Source: an uncultured Gammaproteobacteria bacterium
GTDB taxonomy: Bacteria > Patescibacteriota > Microgenomatia > Levybacterales > GWA1-39-11
Reading direction: 5' to 3'
NCBI GenBank assembly: GCA_964504535.1
Contig: CAZDED010000007.1
Coordinates: 12,353 to 76,352 of the forward strand
Length of the DNA: 64,000 nt
Part shown: piece after piece, positions 17,968-28,609 of the stretch
Position numbering within the stretch: position 1 is the first letter of the stretch
Layout: the number at the start of each line of letters is the position of its first letter
The notes under the pieces: model-generated
What the model saw: the letters and a program-made list of their open reading frames with translations, nothing else
Databases searched by the model: none
Told to the model about the DNA's origin: nothing
Position numbers and translations under genes: made by a program

Positions 17968-19218
17968 ATGTCAGAACACTTGTCAAATTTTCCCAATCCT
18001 GAAAAATTGAAGAAAGTTTTTCCTCCAGAAAAAGCATCAGATGCTTTTATTTTAGGAATTATTGCTATCCACGGAAATGAACCACAGATCATGACTGCTG
18101 CTATTGGAGCTGATGTCAACGCTATACTTGGGGAAAATGAGCTTCCTGGAGCTGCTATCGTTCTTCCTAGTATTTATGGGGAGCGTACAAGAGACATTTT
18201 ACGGGAGGATTTCCCGGATCAAGAAGGAAACATATATCTTTCTGATGGAATGGGTGAAATTTTAAAAAGAACTGAATTCAGCCGAGCCGGATATCAAGCA
18301 CACATGCGCGAGGTAGCAGCTCATCAGCCTAAAGTGCGTGACGCTCTTTTAGAATATTTAAGTCGCCCATTTCTTGCTACATCTCTTGATGGAAAAACGA
18401 GAGAATTTCAACCAGATGGTAAAAGACTTGAAATAAATGCTGGTGCCAATGTAACAGCATCTTTACCTGGTGAAAAAACAACCCATTTTATATTCCCGGT
18501 TCTTCTTTCTGAAATGATCGATGCCACCCTAGCCGACCCGCAAATTAGCAATTACTTTGACCATAAAACACTTGAAGAAGCAAGAAAAATAGCTGCAGAT
18601 TTCGAATCAACATATAAGACTACTCAAATTCCGTATGTTCATACCCTCTACGGACAGGAAGGGTATGATACAACCGGAAAAATTCTTACACCTCCTCTTA
18701 AAAAGGGGCGTCCTGTCCCACAGCTGGATCTTCCTGATGATAATGGGATCTATATCATGGCCTCAGGTAGTGAAATCGGGAAAGAAATAGTTGAAGACCA
18801 AGCCTTACAGCTGCAAAAACAGGGCCATGAGATATTATTCCCTCCATGGCTGAAATTACCCTTCGGTAAGGCAGCCTTACCCGATTCTGTCTTTCACCCA
18901 GGAGTTAAATTTGTAATGGGAAGAATGGGTTGGGGAATTGGCTGGCAAAGCCAAGTAGCAGGAAAACCATTTGTTGCTATGCCTCATCTATGGTTTGATA
19001 ATCCTGAAATTCACTTCAATCTGACAGCTTTAAAAGAAAGTGGTCTTGGCATGGTATTTCAGGCTGGAGATGATCTTGCAGAAAAAGCACAAACCTTAAC
19101 TCCAAGAATAAGGGAAATGAATACTAAAATAGCGTACGAACTTGGAATTCCTCAGAATATGGATGGAATACGCTTCGCAGCTGAGCAAATTCTAAAATCT
19201 GAGACTTCTATTATTTAG
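17968..19218 (+). CDS. Hypothetical protein with GT-B glycosyltransferase-like C-terminal half
   Basis: VMGRMGWG…AGKPFVAMP…E…N…L…SGLG pattern resembles the MurG/GT28 C-terminus (inference). Confidence 0.55.
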   Translation: MSEHLSNFPNPEKLKKVFPPEKASDAFILGIIAIHGNEPQIMTAAIGADVNAILGENELPGAAIVLPSIYGERTRDILREDFPDQEGNIYLSDGMGEILKRTEFSRAGYQAHMREVAAHQPKVRDALLEYLSRPFLATSLDGKTREFQPDGKRLEINAGANVTASLPGEKTTHFIFPVLLSEMIDATLADPQISNYFDHKTLEEARKIAADFESTYKTTQIPYVHTLYGQEGYDTTGKILTPPLKKGRPVPQLDLPDDNGIYIMASGSEIGKEIVEDQALQLQKQGHEILFPPWLKLPFGKAALPDSVFHPGVKFVMGRMGWGIGWQSQVAGKPFVAMPHLWFDNPEIHFNLTALKESGLGMVFQAGDDLAEKAQTLTPRIREMNTKIAYELGIPQNMDGIRFAAEQILKSETSII

Positions 19219-19219
19219 G

Positions 19220-19912
19220 TTACTCTTCCCTTTTAGGAGGTTCTGTTACAAGAAATGTTGAACCTTCGTGTTCTATTACTTCCATGTCATCAAACCGCCG
19301 AGGTATAAAAGAAGGGTTAGGAGGAAATGATGGGGTTAGGGGGTCTGCTCCCATTATCATGTCATCTTCACGCAGTATAGGGTCTACAATTCTAACGTCT
19401 TAGTTTAGATATTTTGCCAATAACTGAGCAGATGTGATCGGATCACCACCCTGAAAGCTTCCTCTCCAAAAATAGCGCATATCATTAAATAATGTATCTG
19501 CTTTATCTTTCTGGGTGCCTAAATAGAAGATGAGTGAAGTAAAATCAACAAGCTGAAGAGGTTTTGTGCCACGGTCTTTCCTGAACTGATCAAATGACTC
19601 TGGAAATATATAGCACTTTGATCCCTTAAACATCGCATCTAATTGAAAAGCGTCTGCATATTTTCCAAGATATTCTTCCAAAGAAGACTCAAAGCTATCC
19701 TGAATTTTCTGTGCGTCTTTAAAGGCCTGACTCTGTGAATTTATAGTTGGACTTTCCAAACTGTAAGGAACATTTAACTGATGCTCCATAAAATTTAGTT
19801 TTACTTGATCATTGCCTACAGCAAATGCCAGTCGATTTAACTTATCCACCCTACTTCGTTGTTCCCAAGGAATATTTCCTTGTGGTACAGGCTCTTTTTC
19901 TTGAGGATCCAT
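19220..19912 (-). pseudogene. Hypothetical protein with possible premature TAA at 19400-19402
   Basis: The 170-aa ORF is followed in the same frame by 59 more sense codons (DVRIVDP…PPKREE*) up to the convergent gene; could instead be two genes. Confidence 0.45.
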
Positions 19913-19949
19913 ACTGTATTATTGCGTTAAACCACCAACTTATCAAGGA

Positions 19950-20801
19950 TTACCGGTCAGTTTTTACCCACCACTTTGTTCCTTCTGCTATTACTTCAAC
20001 GTCACCCTTCAAAGTATCTTTATACGGGATGTCGTATTGCTTCAAAATATCAATTACTTGAGGTGAAGGATGATGATATCGGTTGTGATATCCATATGAA
20101 AAAAAAGCATATTTAGGCACGATATGTTGGAATGTGAACTCATCAACTCCTGTTTTTGAACCATGGTGCGGAGGCTTGAATACATCAATATAGTCCAGTT
20201 GGGGCATAATTGAATTGAGATAGGTGGATGGAATATCTCCGGTAAGGAGTGCATGAAACTTCCCATACTTAACCATCTGTACCAATGAGTAGTCATTGGT
20301 CTCCTCACTTTTAAGATCCAAAAATCCACTGGTAGGCCAGTATGTGGAAATGACTACGCCATCTTTTGTTTTTAATCCATCTCCCAAAAGTACTAAATGT
20401 TTTGGGATTTTTTTCTCTTCCAAAAGACTCATCAATTCTTTATAAACGTCCGTTCCTTTTGGTGCATTAGGTATTCCAAAATACCCTACATTATAGGACT
20501 TCACTACTCCGATGAGTCCCGCAAGGTGATCAGCATCCGGATGAGTCAGATATATTACTTCTATTGTCCTATCCCAAAAAGGCAAATGACGTGAAAGGCA
20601 ATCTGTCATGGAATTTTCATGCGGTCCACCATCAATTATTATGTCAAGACCACGAGGAGTTCGTATCAAAATCCCGTCACCCTGCCCGACATTACAAAAA
20701 ATAATATGAAATTTATTGTCAGAGAACTGCGTTAAGTGATAGGCCCCCAAAATGCACAGAAAAGACATTGATAACAACCCAAACAGCAAAATTCGCCTCA
20801 T
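19950..20801 (-). CDS. ComEC/Rec2-type metallo-beta-lactamase domain protein (split ComEC C-terminal part)
   Basis: NVGQGD, IDGGP, LTHPDADHLAG, LLTGD, PHHGSK, YHHP; overlaps the comEC stop. Confidence 0.9.
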   Translation of the reverse strand: MRRILLFGLLSMSFLCILGAYHLTQFSDNKFHIIFCNVGQGDGILIRTPRGLDIIIDGGPHENSMTDCLSRHLPFWDRTIEVIYLTHPDADHLAGLIGVVKSYNVGYFGIPNAPKGTDVYKELMSLLEEKKIPKHLVLLGDGLKTKDGVVISTYWPTSGFLDLKSEETNDYSLVQMVKYGKFHALLTGDIPSTYLNSIMPQLDYIDVFKPPHHGSKTGVDEFTFQHIVPKYAFFSYGYHNRYHHPSPQVIDILKQYDIPYKDTLKGDVEVIAEGTKWWVKTDR

Positions 20802-22015
20802 TTTATGAAATTTTTCCTTTCTTTTAGTCTAATAACTACTACTAAAAGTATCAAATAGTACCCAAAAATGCATGCAATTGGTACTGTATCTATACTTATC
20901 TGTAAGTTTATTTTGGAGAATAACTCTACTATAGTCGTAAAATAAGACAGAAAATGATAGCAAAGAAGTATTAAAGGATGTGCTAGAAATGGCAGAAATA
21001 AGGAAAGCAATCCAGCAAGCCCTCCAAAAATCATTATGATTGGAATAGTCCAAAGGACTAATATATTTACCGGAAAGGAAAGTAATGAATAAGCTCCAAA
21101 GACTGTTATCATGAGAGGAAATGTAGCTATTTGAGCTGAAAGCGTCGTCGTTATATCATCTTTTATAAAACTCAAGAGTTTAAAACGTAATAAAGAATCT
21201 AGGATGGGTTTGACCGTTAATATTCCAAAAGTCGACAAAAAAGACAGTTGAAATGAAACGTCAACTATCTCTTCCGGCTGCACAAAAAGCATCGCCCACC
21301 CAGTCAGAAAAAGTACATAAATGCTACTTATTTGTCTACCGGTAAATAGTGCAGTAAATGCCAAAATCGCCATAATACTTGCCCTGACAATTGGCGGGTC
21401 AAATCCTGCTAGAACTGCATAGACCAACACTCCAAGCGCCGTGAAAAGTAATGCAAGTCTTCTTTTCACGAAGGTGCTAAAGATTACCAAAAGAAGCATT
21501 GCAGCTATGCTGACGTTCTGTCCTGAGGCTGCGATAACATGCAGTACTCCTGCATTTTTCAGCTGTTGATAATACTGACTATCTATCTTGTCTCTGACTC
21601 CTAAAATTATGCCAAGAAGGAGCCCGCCCTCTCTTGATGGTAAAGTTGTCATGACAGCATCCTCCACTTTTTGTCTTACTGATTTTGAAAAAGACAACAG
21701 AAAGTTGTGACTTTTTATCTTTGTGATCTTTGGATTTTCAACAACCAATAATTGCCCTTTTTTAGAATCTTTCTTTAGGATCTTTCCTTCTATCATTACT
21801 CTGTCTCCATAGTGAAAGGACGGATATAGTGGTAGTGTGACAAGCAACCCGTCTGTAAAAAAGTATTGAGAAAGCGAATTTTTCTTTGGCTCATGAACAA
21901 AGCTATAGGATTTTTTGTATGTTTCGTTTTCTTGATAAATATGACGCTCCTCTATCCAAAAAAACTCTCTTGTTAGTAGCGCTAAAAGTAGTATGCCGAT
22001 AAATAAGTGTTTCAT
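20798..22015 (-). CDS. comEC: Competence protein ComEC (membrane channel part)
   Basis: GVLHVIAASGQNV, PPIVRASIM, SFQLSFLST, AQIATFP. Confidence 0.92.
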   Translation of the reverse strand: MKHLFIGILLLALLTREFFWIEERHIYQENETYKKSYSFVHEPKKNSLSQYFFTDGLLVTLPLYPSFHYGDRVMIEGKILKKDSKKGQLLVVENPKITKIKSHNFLLSFSKSVRQKVEDAVMTTLPSREGGLLLGIILGVRDKIDSQYYQQLKNAGVLHVIAASGQNVSIAAMLLLVIFSTFVKRRLALLFTALGVLVYAVLAGFDPPIVRASIMAILAFTALFTGRQISSIYVLFLTGWAMLFVQPEEIVDVSFQLSFLSTFGILTVKPILDSLLRFKLLSFIKDDITTTLSAQIATFPLMITVFGAYSLLSFPVNILVLWTIPIIMIFGGLAGLLSLFLPFLAHPLILLCYHFLSYFTTIVELFSKINLQISIDTVPIACIFGYYLILLVVVIRLKERKNFIK

Positions 22016-22021
22016 TGGTAC

Positions 22022-22684
22022 CTACTCTGCCACTATCTCGTCCTTTATCCCTTCGAATGTCTTTTGTCCTAAGATTTTCTTGCTGACTAGCTCGTTTGTA
22101 TTAGAATATGGACGACCAGCAATAATCTTTCTTGCAGTTACTGGTCCAACTTTCTGAAGAGTATCTAATTCTGATTCACTCGCTGAATTTATATTGATCA
22201 TTCCATTACTTTCTACTGTTGAGGCTGAGAAGTTACTTATTGTAGTATCATGTGCCTCTACTGGTATATTTGCAGTTTGAGTCTCACCGATAGCTGGAAT
22301 ATAGATTTTGCCTCCATCTACTACTTTTTGAGCCTGGTTAAGATGCTTGCTAACATATACTCTGTCAGCAGATGATGACAAACCACCGGCTGCTATAAGG
22401 GCATCTTGAATCCTTGATCCATCTGCAAGTACATATACACCTGGATGCAGCACTTTTCCTTCAACATCAACAGAAATCTTGTTGGTAGTAGATGCCCCTT
22501 TTATATCAGTGGTTTGATTTTCACTTGATGTAAATTCAATATCTGAAGTGTCACTTATTGTGGCTAAATATTGGAACACTCCAAGAACCATAAGTAAGAC
22601 TCCAAGCACAATAAGTCCTACGAAAAGGAGATTTTTCTTGATAAATTCTAAAAGACGTTCTTGGCGGGATTGTGTTTCCTCCAC
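22022..22684 (-). CDS. comEA: Competence DNA receptor ComEA
   Basis: TM; SLBB segment VDVEGKVLHPGVY…DALIAAGG; HhH segment ININSASESELDTLQKVGPVTARKII. Confidence 0.92.
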   Translation of the reverse strand: MEETQSRQERLLEFIKKNLLFVGLIVLGVLLMVLGVFQYLATISDTSDIEFTSSENQTTDIKGASTTNKISVDVEGKVLHPGVYVLADGSRIQDALIAAGGLSSSADRVYVSKHLNQAQKVVDGGKIYIPAIGETQTANIPVEAHDTTISNFSASTVESNGMININSASESELDTLQKVGPVTARKIIAGRPYSNTNELVSKKILGQKTFEGIKDEIVAE

Positions 22685-22722
22685 TCCTTATCTTATGGCT
22701 GGTTTGAACATAAATACAAGTA

Positions 22723-23181
22723 TTAATTTTGAATGGTTGATTGTACCGCTAAAAATTCCCGTGGTTTAATTTTTTTTGCCTCACTTTTAGTATAATTACA
22801 AATGAATACAAGAACTACCCCATCAGGATCTTTCACTACCATTTCAAGCGTACCCCAATAATAATGTATCGGCTGTTTGGAAATTTTTATGTTATTTTTT
22901 TTACAAACCTTAATTAATGATGAAAGACTATCAACGCCTATCATCAAGGAGATTTTTGCAGATTCTACTTTATCTTTAAATACCTGAGGCGCTACTGCTC
23001 TATGTCCATCTGCTATTTCAAGTCTAGTACCATTAAGCTCAAATACCGTTCCGCTGTAATCTTCTCTTACTGACTTGTTTGGACCATACTCAAACACTTT
23101 CTTGAATCCAAGGTGTTGATAAAAGCTTACAGATTTTTTGAAGTCAGCAACTTTAATATGAATTCCGATTGAATTAATCAT
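22723..23181 (-). CDS. VOC/glyoxalase family protein
   Basis: IKVADFKKSVSFYQHLGF…WGTLEMVVKDPDG. Confidence 0.88.
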   Translation of the reverse strand: MINSIGIHIKVADFKKSVSFYQHLGFKKVFEYGPNKSVREDYSGTVFELNGTRLEIADGHRAVAPQVFKDKVESAKISLMIGVDSLSSLIKVCKKNNIKISKQPIHYYWGTLEMVVKDPDGVVLVFICNYTKSEAKKIKPREFLAVQSTIQN

Positions 23182-23247
23182 ACATATATCCTAAATACTA
23201 TATATTATTTTGCTTCAATTACAAGATTATGGGATACATATATATGT

Positions 23248-23796
23248 ATACGATTATTTTATACAGCCTCTTTTTATGGAAAAGCAAAATATCAGGGTTA
23301 TTATGATCTTGTTCTAAAAGCAATTAAATCTACCGGTGTTGAGCTTATATCTCCTGAGTTTGGAAATTACTTGAGCCTTCTCAAGCTTGAAGACTATTCC
23401 AAGGTCAAATCTAAGAAAAAGCTCCATTATGAGGCCATAAGACGCGGAATTATTTGGGCGGATATTGTTATTATGGAGATAAGTCACGAGGACTTTCAGT
23501 TAGGACATGAGGCATCACTTGCTATCCAGTACAAAAAACCGGTCCTCTGTGTCTCGATACATGAAGACTTCTCTCAAAAAATAAAGAGCCCCTATTTTTT
23601 TGGAGCCAAATACAACGAGTACAACATAGAGGAGCTTATAGAAAATTTTATTGCCAGACATCAAAAAGAAGCACTAAAAGAGAGATTTAATCTTTTTTTA
23701 AGTACAAGCCAACTTCACAAACTTGAAACTTCAGCCAAAAGAATGGGATTTAACAACTCGGAATATGTAAGAATGCTGTTAGACAAAAATAGTTAG
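23248..23796 (+). CDS. Nucleoside 2-deoxyribosyltransferase-like domain plus C-terminal ribbon-helix-helix; start uncertain
   Basis: Frame is open from IRLFYTASFYGK (ATA at 23248); ADIVIMEIS…GHE…KKPVL; C-terminal RFNLFLS…SEYVRMLL. Confidence 0.7.
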   Translation: MRLFYTASFYGKAKYQGYYDLVLKAIKSTGVELISPEFGNYLSLLKLEDYSKVKSKKKLHYEAIRRGIIWADIVIMEISHEDFQLGHEASLAIQYKKPVLCVSIHEDFSQKIKSPYFFGAKYNEYNIEELIENFIARHQKEALKERFNLFLSTSQLHKLETSAKRMGFNNSEYVRMLLDKNS

Positions 23797-26309
23797 ACAA
23801 CAAAATTCACGATCTTCCCTGGGATATAGATAACTTTTTTGACCTCAATACCTTCAAGATTTTTGCTGACCGCCTCCCTTGCCAATTTTTCAATCTGTGC
23901 ACTGTCCCCTGTACCCTGTCCGCTGACTGTTATCTCTCCCCTTCTTTTTCCGTTGATCTGAACCGGAATAATAAGATTAGAACTAATTAAATGGTACTCA
24001 TCAAACTTCGGCCATTTTTGCATATGGATAGAACTGAACCCTGCGCCCTGTTTTCTGTACCCTAAAGATTGCCATAATTCCTCAGTCATATGAGGAGCAA
24101 AAGGAGCAAGAAGCCTTAAATAAACCCCAACCTCTTCCTTACTTAATTCCTGGTTGTTTACTCTTACCTCCTGGTTGAGGGAGTTATACCATTCCATGAG
24201 TTTTGCTATTGCAGTGTTGTAGCCAAATTCGGAAATATCTTTAGTGACCCCCTGGATGGTTTTATGCATCATCATCGTCCTTTCATTACTCAATTGTGCT
24301 TCATCCTTTGATGATTGGGAAAGAAGTTTCCAGACTTTTCGTAAAAATCTATTCATTCCCTCTATTCCACTGTCCCTAAAGTCTCCACCGTCAGAGTATG
24401 GGCCTATGAACATGAGGTAAGTGCGCAACGTATCAGCCCCATATTTACCGATATACTCGTCTGGAACGACCACATTACCCTTGCTTTTACTCATCTTTGC
24501 TCCGTCTTTGATAATGAGGCCATGAGCAAAGAATGTTGAGAATGGCTCCTCGAAGTTCAAATACCCCAGATCTTTCAATACCATCGTGACAAAACGTGAA
24601 TACAAAAGGTGTAGCACACTGTGTTCTGCTCCGCCAATGTACATGTTAACCGGTAGCCACTTTCTAGTTGTTTGTATATCAAAAGGTGCTGTAGATACAT
24701 CAGTTGAGGGGTATCTAAGGAAATACCAGCTACTGTCAAGGAACGTATCTGATACATCGGTCTCTCGGGTTGCTTCTCCACCACAAGATGGACAGGTAGT
24801 CTTGTAAAATTCAGGATGATTGGCAAGTGGAGCTTTTCCTGTCCCCATTGGTTTCCAATCCTCAACATCTGGCAAAAGTATAGGAAGTTGAGCTTCGGGT
24901 ACGCAAAACCATCCCTCCATACCTTCTACCTCAGCTTTACCATTTTTTTGACAAGAGTCGCAGAAGATCATGGGTATTGGCGGCCCCCAATATCTTTGGC
25001 GGGAGATCAACCAATCACGAAGATGATAGGTTGAATGTGTCGTTGCAAAACCCTTGTCCTTGGCAAATGTAATTATTTCTTCTCTAACTTCCCCGGCTCT
25101 CCTGCCTTTAAATTCTGAGGGTTCAGCTAGAACTCCATTCACCATATCCGTATAGCAAACTTCAAGGTTTTTTACTTTTTCAGCTTCAACACTATCTTCT
25201 GGAAATAAGACCGGCTTTAACCGAATTCCATACTTCTTTGCAAAAGCAAAATCTCTTGTATCGTGAGCAGAACACTTTACTATTCCGGTTCCATAGTCTT
25301 TTAAGGCAAAATTTGCCACCCAAATAGGTAAGTCTCCATTCCCAATCGGATCTATGATGTATCTTCCTGTAAAAATTCCTTCAGGCTCTTTTTCTTCCCC
25401 TTCTCTCTCAATTGCCCTCTTATTAAGAGTCTCCTTACAAAACGCCTTAATTTCTTCCCTGTTCTCAACCCCCTCAAGTATACTTTCTAAAAATGGGTGA
25501 TCTGGTGCTATTACTACAAAGGTATCTGCATAAAATGCCTCAAAATGAGCTGAAAAAGTCTTTAGTGTTAGCTTGGTATCCTTTACTGGTGCTTCAAATA
25601 CTAATCCTTCGCTTTTTCCTATCCAATTCGTTTGGGCAATTTTAACTTTATTTGACCAGTCAAGCCCTTCAATATTTTTAAGTAGTCTGTCTGCATATTT
25701 AGTAATTCTAAAAAACCACTGCTCTAGATTTTTCTTCTCGACTTTTTCTCCACAACGCTCACAGCACCCATCTATCACCTGCTCATCAGACAAAACCGTC
25801 ATGTCTTTTGGACACCAATTTACAAGCGCAGTATCTCTGTAGGCAAGTCCCGCTTTGAAAAGTGTCACAAAAAGCCACTGAGTCCATTTATAGTAATTTG
25901 GGTTATAGGTCTCAACAGTTCTTTGCCAGTCAAATGAGTTGCCAATACTTCTCATTTGCCTATAAAAGTTCTTTTCAGCGATTTCTGCCTGTTCTTTGGG
26001 GTGTCGACCGACTTTGAGGGCGTAGTTCTCACTATGAATACCAAATCCGTCGAGTCCAATAGGCTCAAGGACATCGTTCCCTTGCATCCGTTGGAACTTT
26101 GCGTATACATCAGCACCAGTAAATGCGTACATATTACCCACATGAAGCCCCTCTGCTGATGGATATGGAAACATCATGAGGTTGAAGTATGGATCTTTTG
26201 CTGCTTTTATATCAGGGCTAAAAGTCCTGTTACTCTCCCATTTATCCTGCCATTTAGCCTCAATATCTGCTGGGGTATATTTGTTTTCTATTGACTTTTG
26301 CTGGTTCAT
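23793..26309 (-). CDS. leuS: Leucine--tRNA ligase
   Basis: MFPYPSAEGLHVGN, DWLISRQRYWG, YIGGAEH, KMSKSKGN; start taken at MNQQK. Confidence 0.97.
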   Translation of the reverse strand: MNQQKSIENKYTPADIEAKWQDKWESNRTFSPDIKAAKDPYFNLMMFPYPSAEGLHVGNMYAFTGADVYAKFQRMQGNDVLEPIGLDGFGIHSENYALKVGRHPKEQAEIAEKNFYRQMRSIGNSFDWQRTVETYNPNYYKWTQWLFVTLFKAGLAYRDTALVNWCPKDMTVLSDEQVIDGCCERCGEKVEKKNLEQWFFRITKYADRLLKNIEGLDWSNKVKIAQTNWIGKSEGLVFEAPVKDTKLTLKTFSAHFEAFYADTFVVIAPDHPFLESILEGVENREEIKAFCKETLNKRAIEREGEEKEPEGIFTGRYIIDPIGNGDLPIWVANFALKDYGTGIVKCSAHDTRDFAFAKKYGIRLKPVLFPEDSVEAEKVKNLEVCYTDMVNGVLAEPSEFKGRRAGEVREEIITFAKDKGFATTHSTYHLRDWLISRQRYWGPPIPMIFCDSCQKNGKAEVEGMEGWFCVPEAQLPILLPDVEDWKPMGTGKAPLANHPEFYKTTCPSCGGEATRETDVSDTFLDSSWYFLRYPSTDVSTAPFDIQTTRKWLPVNMYIGGAEHSVLHLLYSRFVTMVLKDLGYLNFEEPFSTFFAHGLIIKDGAKMSKSKGNVVVPDEYIGKYGADTLRTYLMFIGPYSDGGDFRDSGIEGMNRFLRKVWKLLSQSSKDEAQLSNERTMMMHKTIQGVTKDISEFGYNTAIAKLMEWYNSLNQEVRVNNQELSKEEVGVYLRLLAPFAPHMTEELWQSLGYRKQGAGFSSIHMQKWPKFDEYHLISSNLIIPVQINGKRRGEITVSGQGTGDSAQIEKLAREAVSKNLEGIEVKKVIYIPGKIVNFVV

Positions 26310-26526
26310 ATAGATATCTTCTATTCTATCAAATCCAACCCTAGACTTCACTATTTTTGAAGTGAGCGAATATATCACGAGCAGATAATGCTAGACACAA
26401 CTTACAGCCAGTCAAGATAGATCACCTCTTAATTGTTATCATAAAAAATAATTAATCCAATACGACTTTACTTCTATTTCTAATGGTAAACCTCCCCTTA
26501 CCCTTTCCTATGTGCCTTACCTTTCT

Positions 26527-26555
26527 TTGACTCTTTTTCAAATTTGAGATACCAT
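26527..26555 (+). promoter_or_regulatory. Sigma70-type promoter, near-leaderless
   Basis: TTGACT-17-TACCAT, 8 nt before the ATG at 26564. Confidence 0.6.
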
Positions 26556-26563
26556 TAACTTAT

Positions 26564-27184
26564 ATGAAAAGTAAACAAATTTTGGAAGGCTCCTCGATCG
26601 TTTTGGCAGTATTTACGGTCTTTATTGTGATGTCAACAGCACTTAGCGCTTATTCCACATATTTGCTAGCCATACTAATTATCTTTTCTGCAATATATAT
26701 AAGTATAAAAAAAAGATCGAAATCAGCTTCAAATTTATTCTCAGGAGGATCTGTTGAGCTGTATGGCCTGATTGCTATTATCACTCTTATGATTAGTTTG
26801 ACAAATGGCCTCAACTCCCCCCTTTTCTTCTTTACGTATTTTATATTGTTCTTACTCGCATTCTTATGCGAACCAATTACAATACTTGTGTACCTAATAT
26901 CGGCATTACTTTTCTTTATGCCTCAGGCTACGGCCAACCCCAACACAGACATGTTGATAAAAATGGGCTCATTAATTTTAATCGCACCAATAGCTTATTT
27001 TATAGGTCAAGAATTTGAGCGTAGAAAAATATTAGATGAAAAAATAGAAAGCAAAACTGATGAGATCATTCAGGAAGCGCGACTGCTAAAAGAGGATGGA
27101 AACCCTAAAGCGCAAGACGAATCTGAGGCTATTGATGAAATAATCGAAGAAGCAAGTTCTCTAAAAAAAGATTCAGAAGAATAA
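26564..27184 (+). CDS. Multi-TM membrane protein with acidic coiled C-terminus
   Basis: About 5 hydrophobic segments; TNGLNSPLFFFTYF. Confidence 0.75.
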   Translation: MKSKQILEGSSIVLAVFTVFIVMSTALSAYSTYLLAILIIFSAIYISIKKRSKSASNLFSGGSVELYGLIAIITLMISLTNGLNSPLFFFTYFILFLLAFLCEPITILVYLISALLFFMPQATANPNTDMLIKMGSLILIAPIAYFIGQEFERRKILDEKIESKTDEIIQEARLLKEDGNPKAQDESEAIDEIIEEASSLKKDSEE

Positions 27185-27351
27185 GTACCAATACTGAAAT
27201 GAATTCTTATTTCGTTAAAAGTGATTTGAAGGCTAAATCACGCAAGTGATTGAACTAAGAAAACATATACAGGAAGACTTCACATAGCGAAGCTCCACAC
27301 CGAGCGTCACTTTTAAAGATGAGAAGAAGCGACCAGAAAAGGAAATCAACT

Positions 27352-28122
27352 ATGAAAAATTGGCCAATTTTACTACTTTTCTCACCAAAAGGAACTGCAA
27401 TATTCCTTACGCTTAACTTTGCCCTTTTTTGCTTATTCATAGGTAAGAGTATTTATGCAGAAACGATGTCTAATTCATCGTATAAAATCAGGTTTGGCAA
27501 CCTCAATTCATTTGCTGGTAAGCCTTCAAATGCCTCATACAGCCTTGGGATAACCGGAGGACAAATAGCCCCAGGTCTATATTCGGGCACAAATTTCAAG
27601 GTGAGAGCTGGGTTCCAATACATAAAGTCCATCATTCCATTCACCTTTAGCATTAGCAGCATCTTCATAGACTTTGGGCCCATAACTCCTGGCACGCCTA
27701 TCACACGCACAAATATACTTACAATTTCAAATGGTTCTGCATATGGCTACACGGTTCTTGCAAGCGAAAATCACCCTCTTTTGATCAACAGTACGGGCAT
27801 ATCAATTCCTGATACTACCTGCGACACGGGAACGTGTAGTGAGTCTGTGCCTGCAGCGTGGGCAAATCCTACAACATTTGGCTTTGGCTATCGTTGTGAC
27901 AATATTGTCGGCACTGATTGTCAATCTGGTTTTAGTACAGCTACAAATTACCGACAGTTCTCCGCAAGTAATTCAGGAGAGCTGGCCTACCCGGTAATGC
28001 GTGGGGTAAATGTAGGACGGAATATTCAAGGACAGATCACCTATAAAGTCAATGTCAGTGCTGCTCAAGCGACAGGCGAATATCAGAATGTCATCTCATT
28101 TGTTGCGGTTCCTTCAATATAA
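27352..28122 (+). CDS. Secreted protein with WxL-like C-terminal strand
   Basis: Signal peptide (…IYA-ETMS); Cys pairs; ends GEYQNVISFVAVPSI, like the 9344/12001 paralogues. Confidence 0.7.
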   Translation: MKNWPILLLFSPKGTAIFLTLNFALFCLFIGKSIYAETMSNSSYKIRFGNLNSFAGKPSNASYSLGITGGQIAPGLYSGTNFKVRAGFQYIKSIIPFTFSISSIFIDFGPITPGTPITRTNILTISNGSAYGYTVLASENHPLLINSTGISIPDTTCDTGTCSESVPAAWANPTTFGFGYRCDNIVGTDCQSGFSTATNYRQFSASNSGELAYPVMRGVNVGRNIQGQITYKVNVSAAQATGEYQNVISFVAVPSI

Positions 28123-28609
28123 ATCTAACAGCAAACCTGACAGTAGGTGCATCTTCTCTAAATCATGGTTATCCGAGATAGCTATTTTTCACGGTCATTT
28201 TTTTACCTTTGCACATCAATATCTTAATTCGGTGCCTCATAGGTAATTTTAATTATATGTGGATTTATATCATTTGAGTACCGATAGATTCTCTAAAATC
28301 CAAACTTTCACCAATTTGTCGATTATACTATGCCCATAGGCTAAAACCCTCTTTTTTAAGCCTATCACTCAGGACTATCAAATGCTGAGATGCAAGTCAT
28401 TCGCACATAATTTTACCTGATATACTTTGATATACTCTATAGTTTTAACGGCAAAAAATACTATTTCCAAATATATCAAACGTTGCCTATTACCGCGTAT
28501 TAGAAATATTCTAGAAATTTGAGGTTAAATTTTTTTACCGCAGAAGATGATTCACCGTGAAATAAAGAGTATTCTTTCCTTTTAAAATGATTTGGGATAC
28601 TATAAATGT

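Noticed and set aside
1787-19912. Stop-codon reassignment suggested by two in-frame TAAs
   Set aside because: TAA, TAG and TGA all end conserved genes at expected positions (mreB and leuS TAA, rho TAG, comEC TGA).
27229-27305. c-di-GMP-I riboswitch
   Set aside because: GGCTAA-stem-GNRA resembles P2 only; the GACGCAAA junction and P3 receptor are not matched. Kept only as a generic structured leader.
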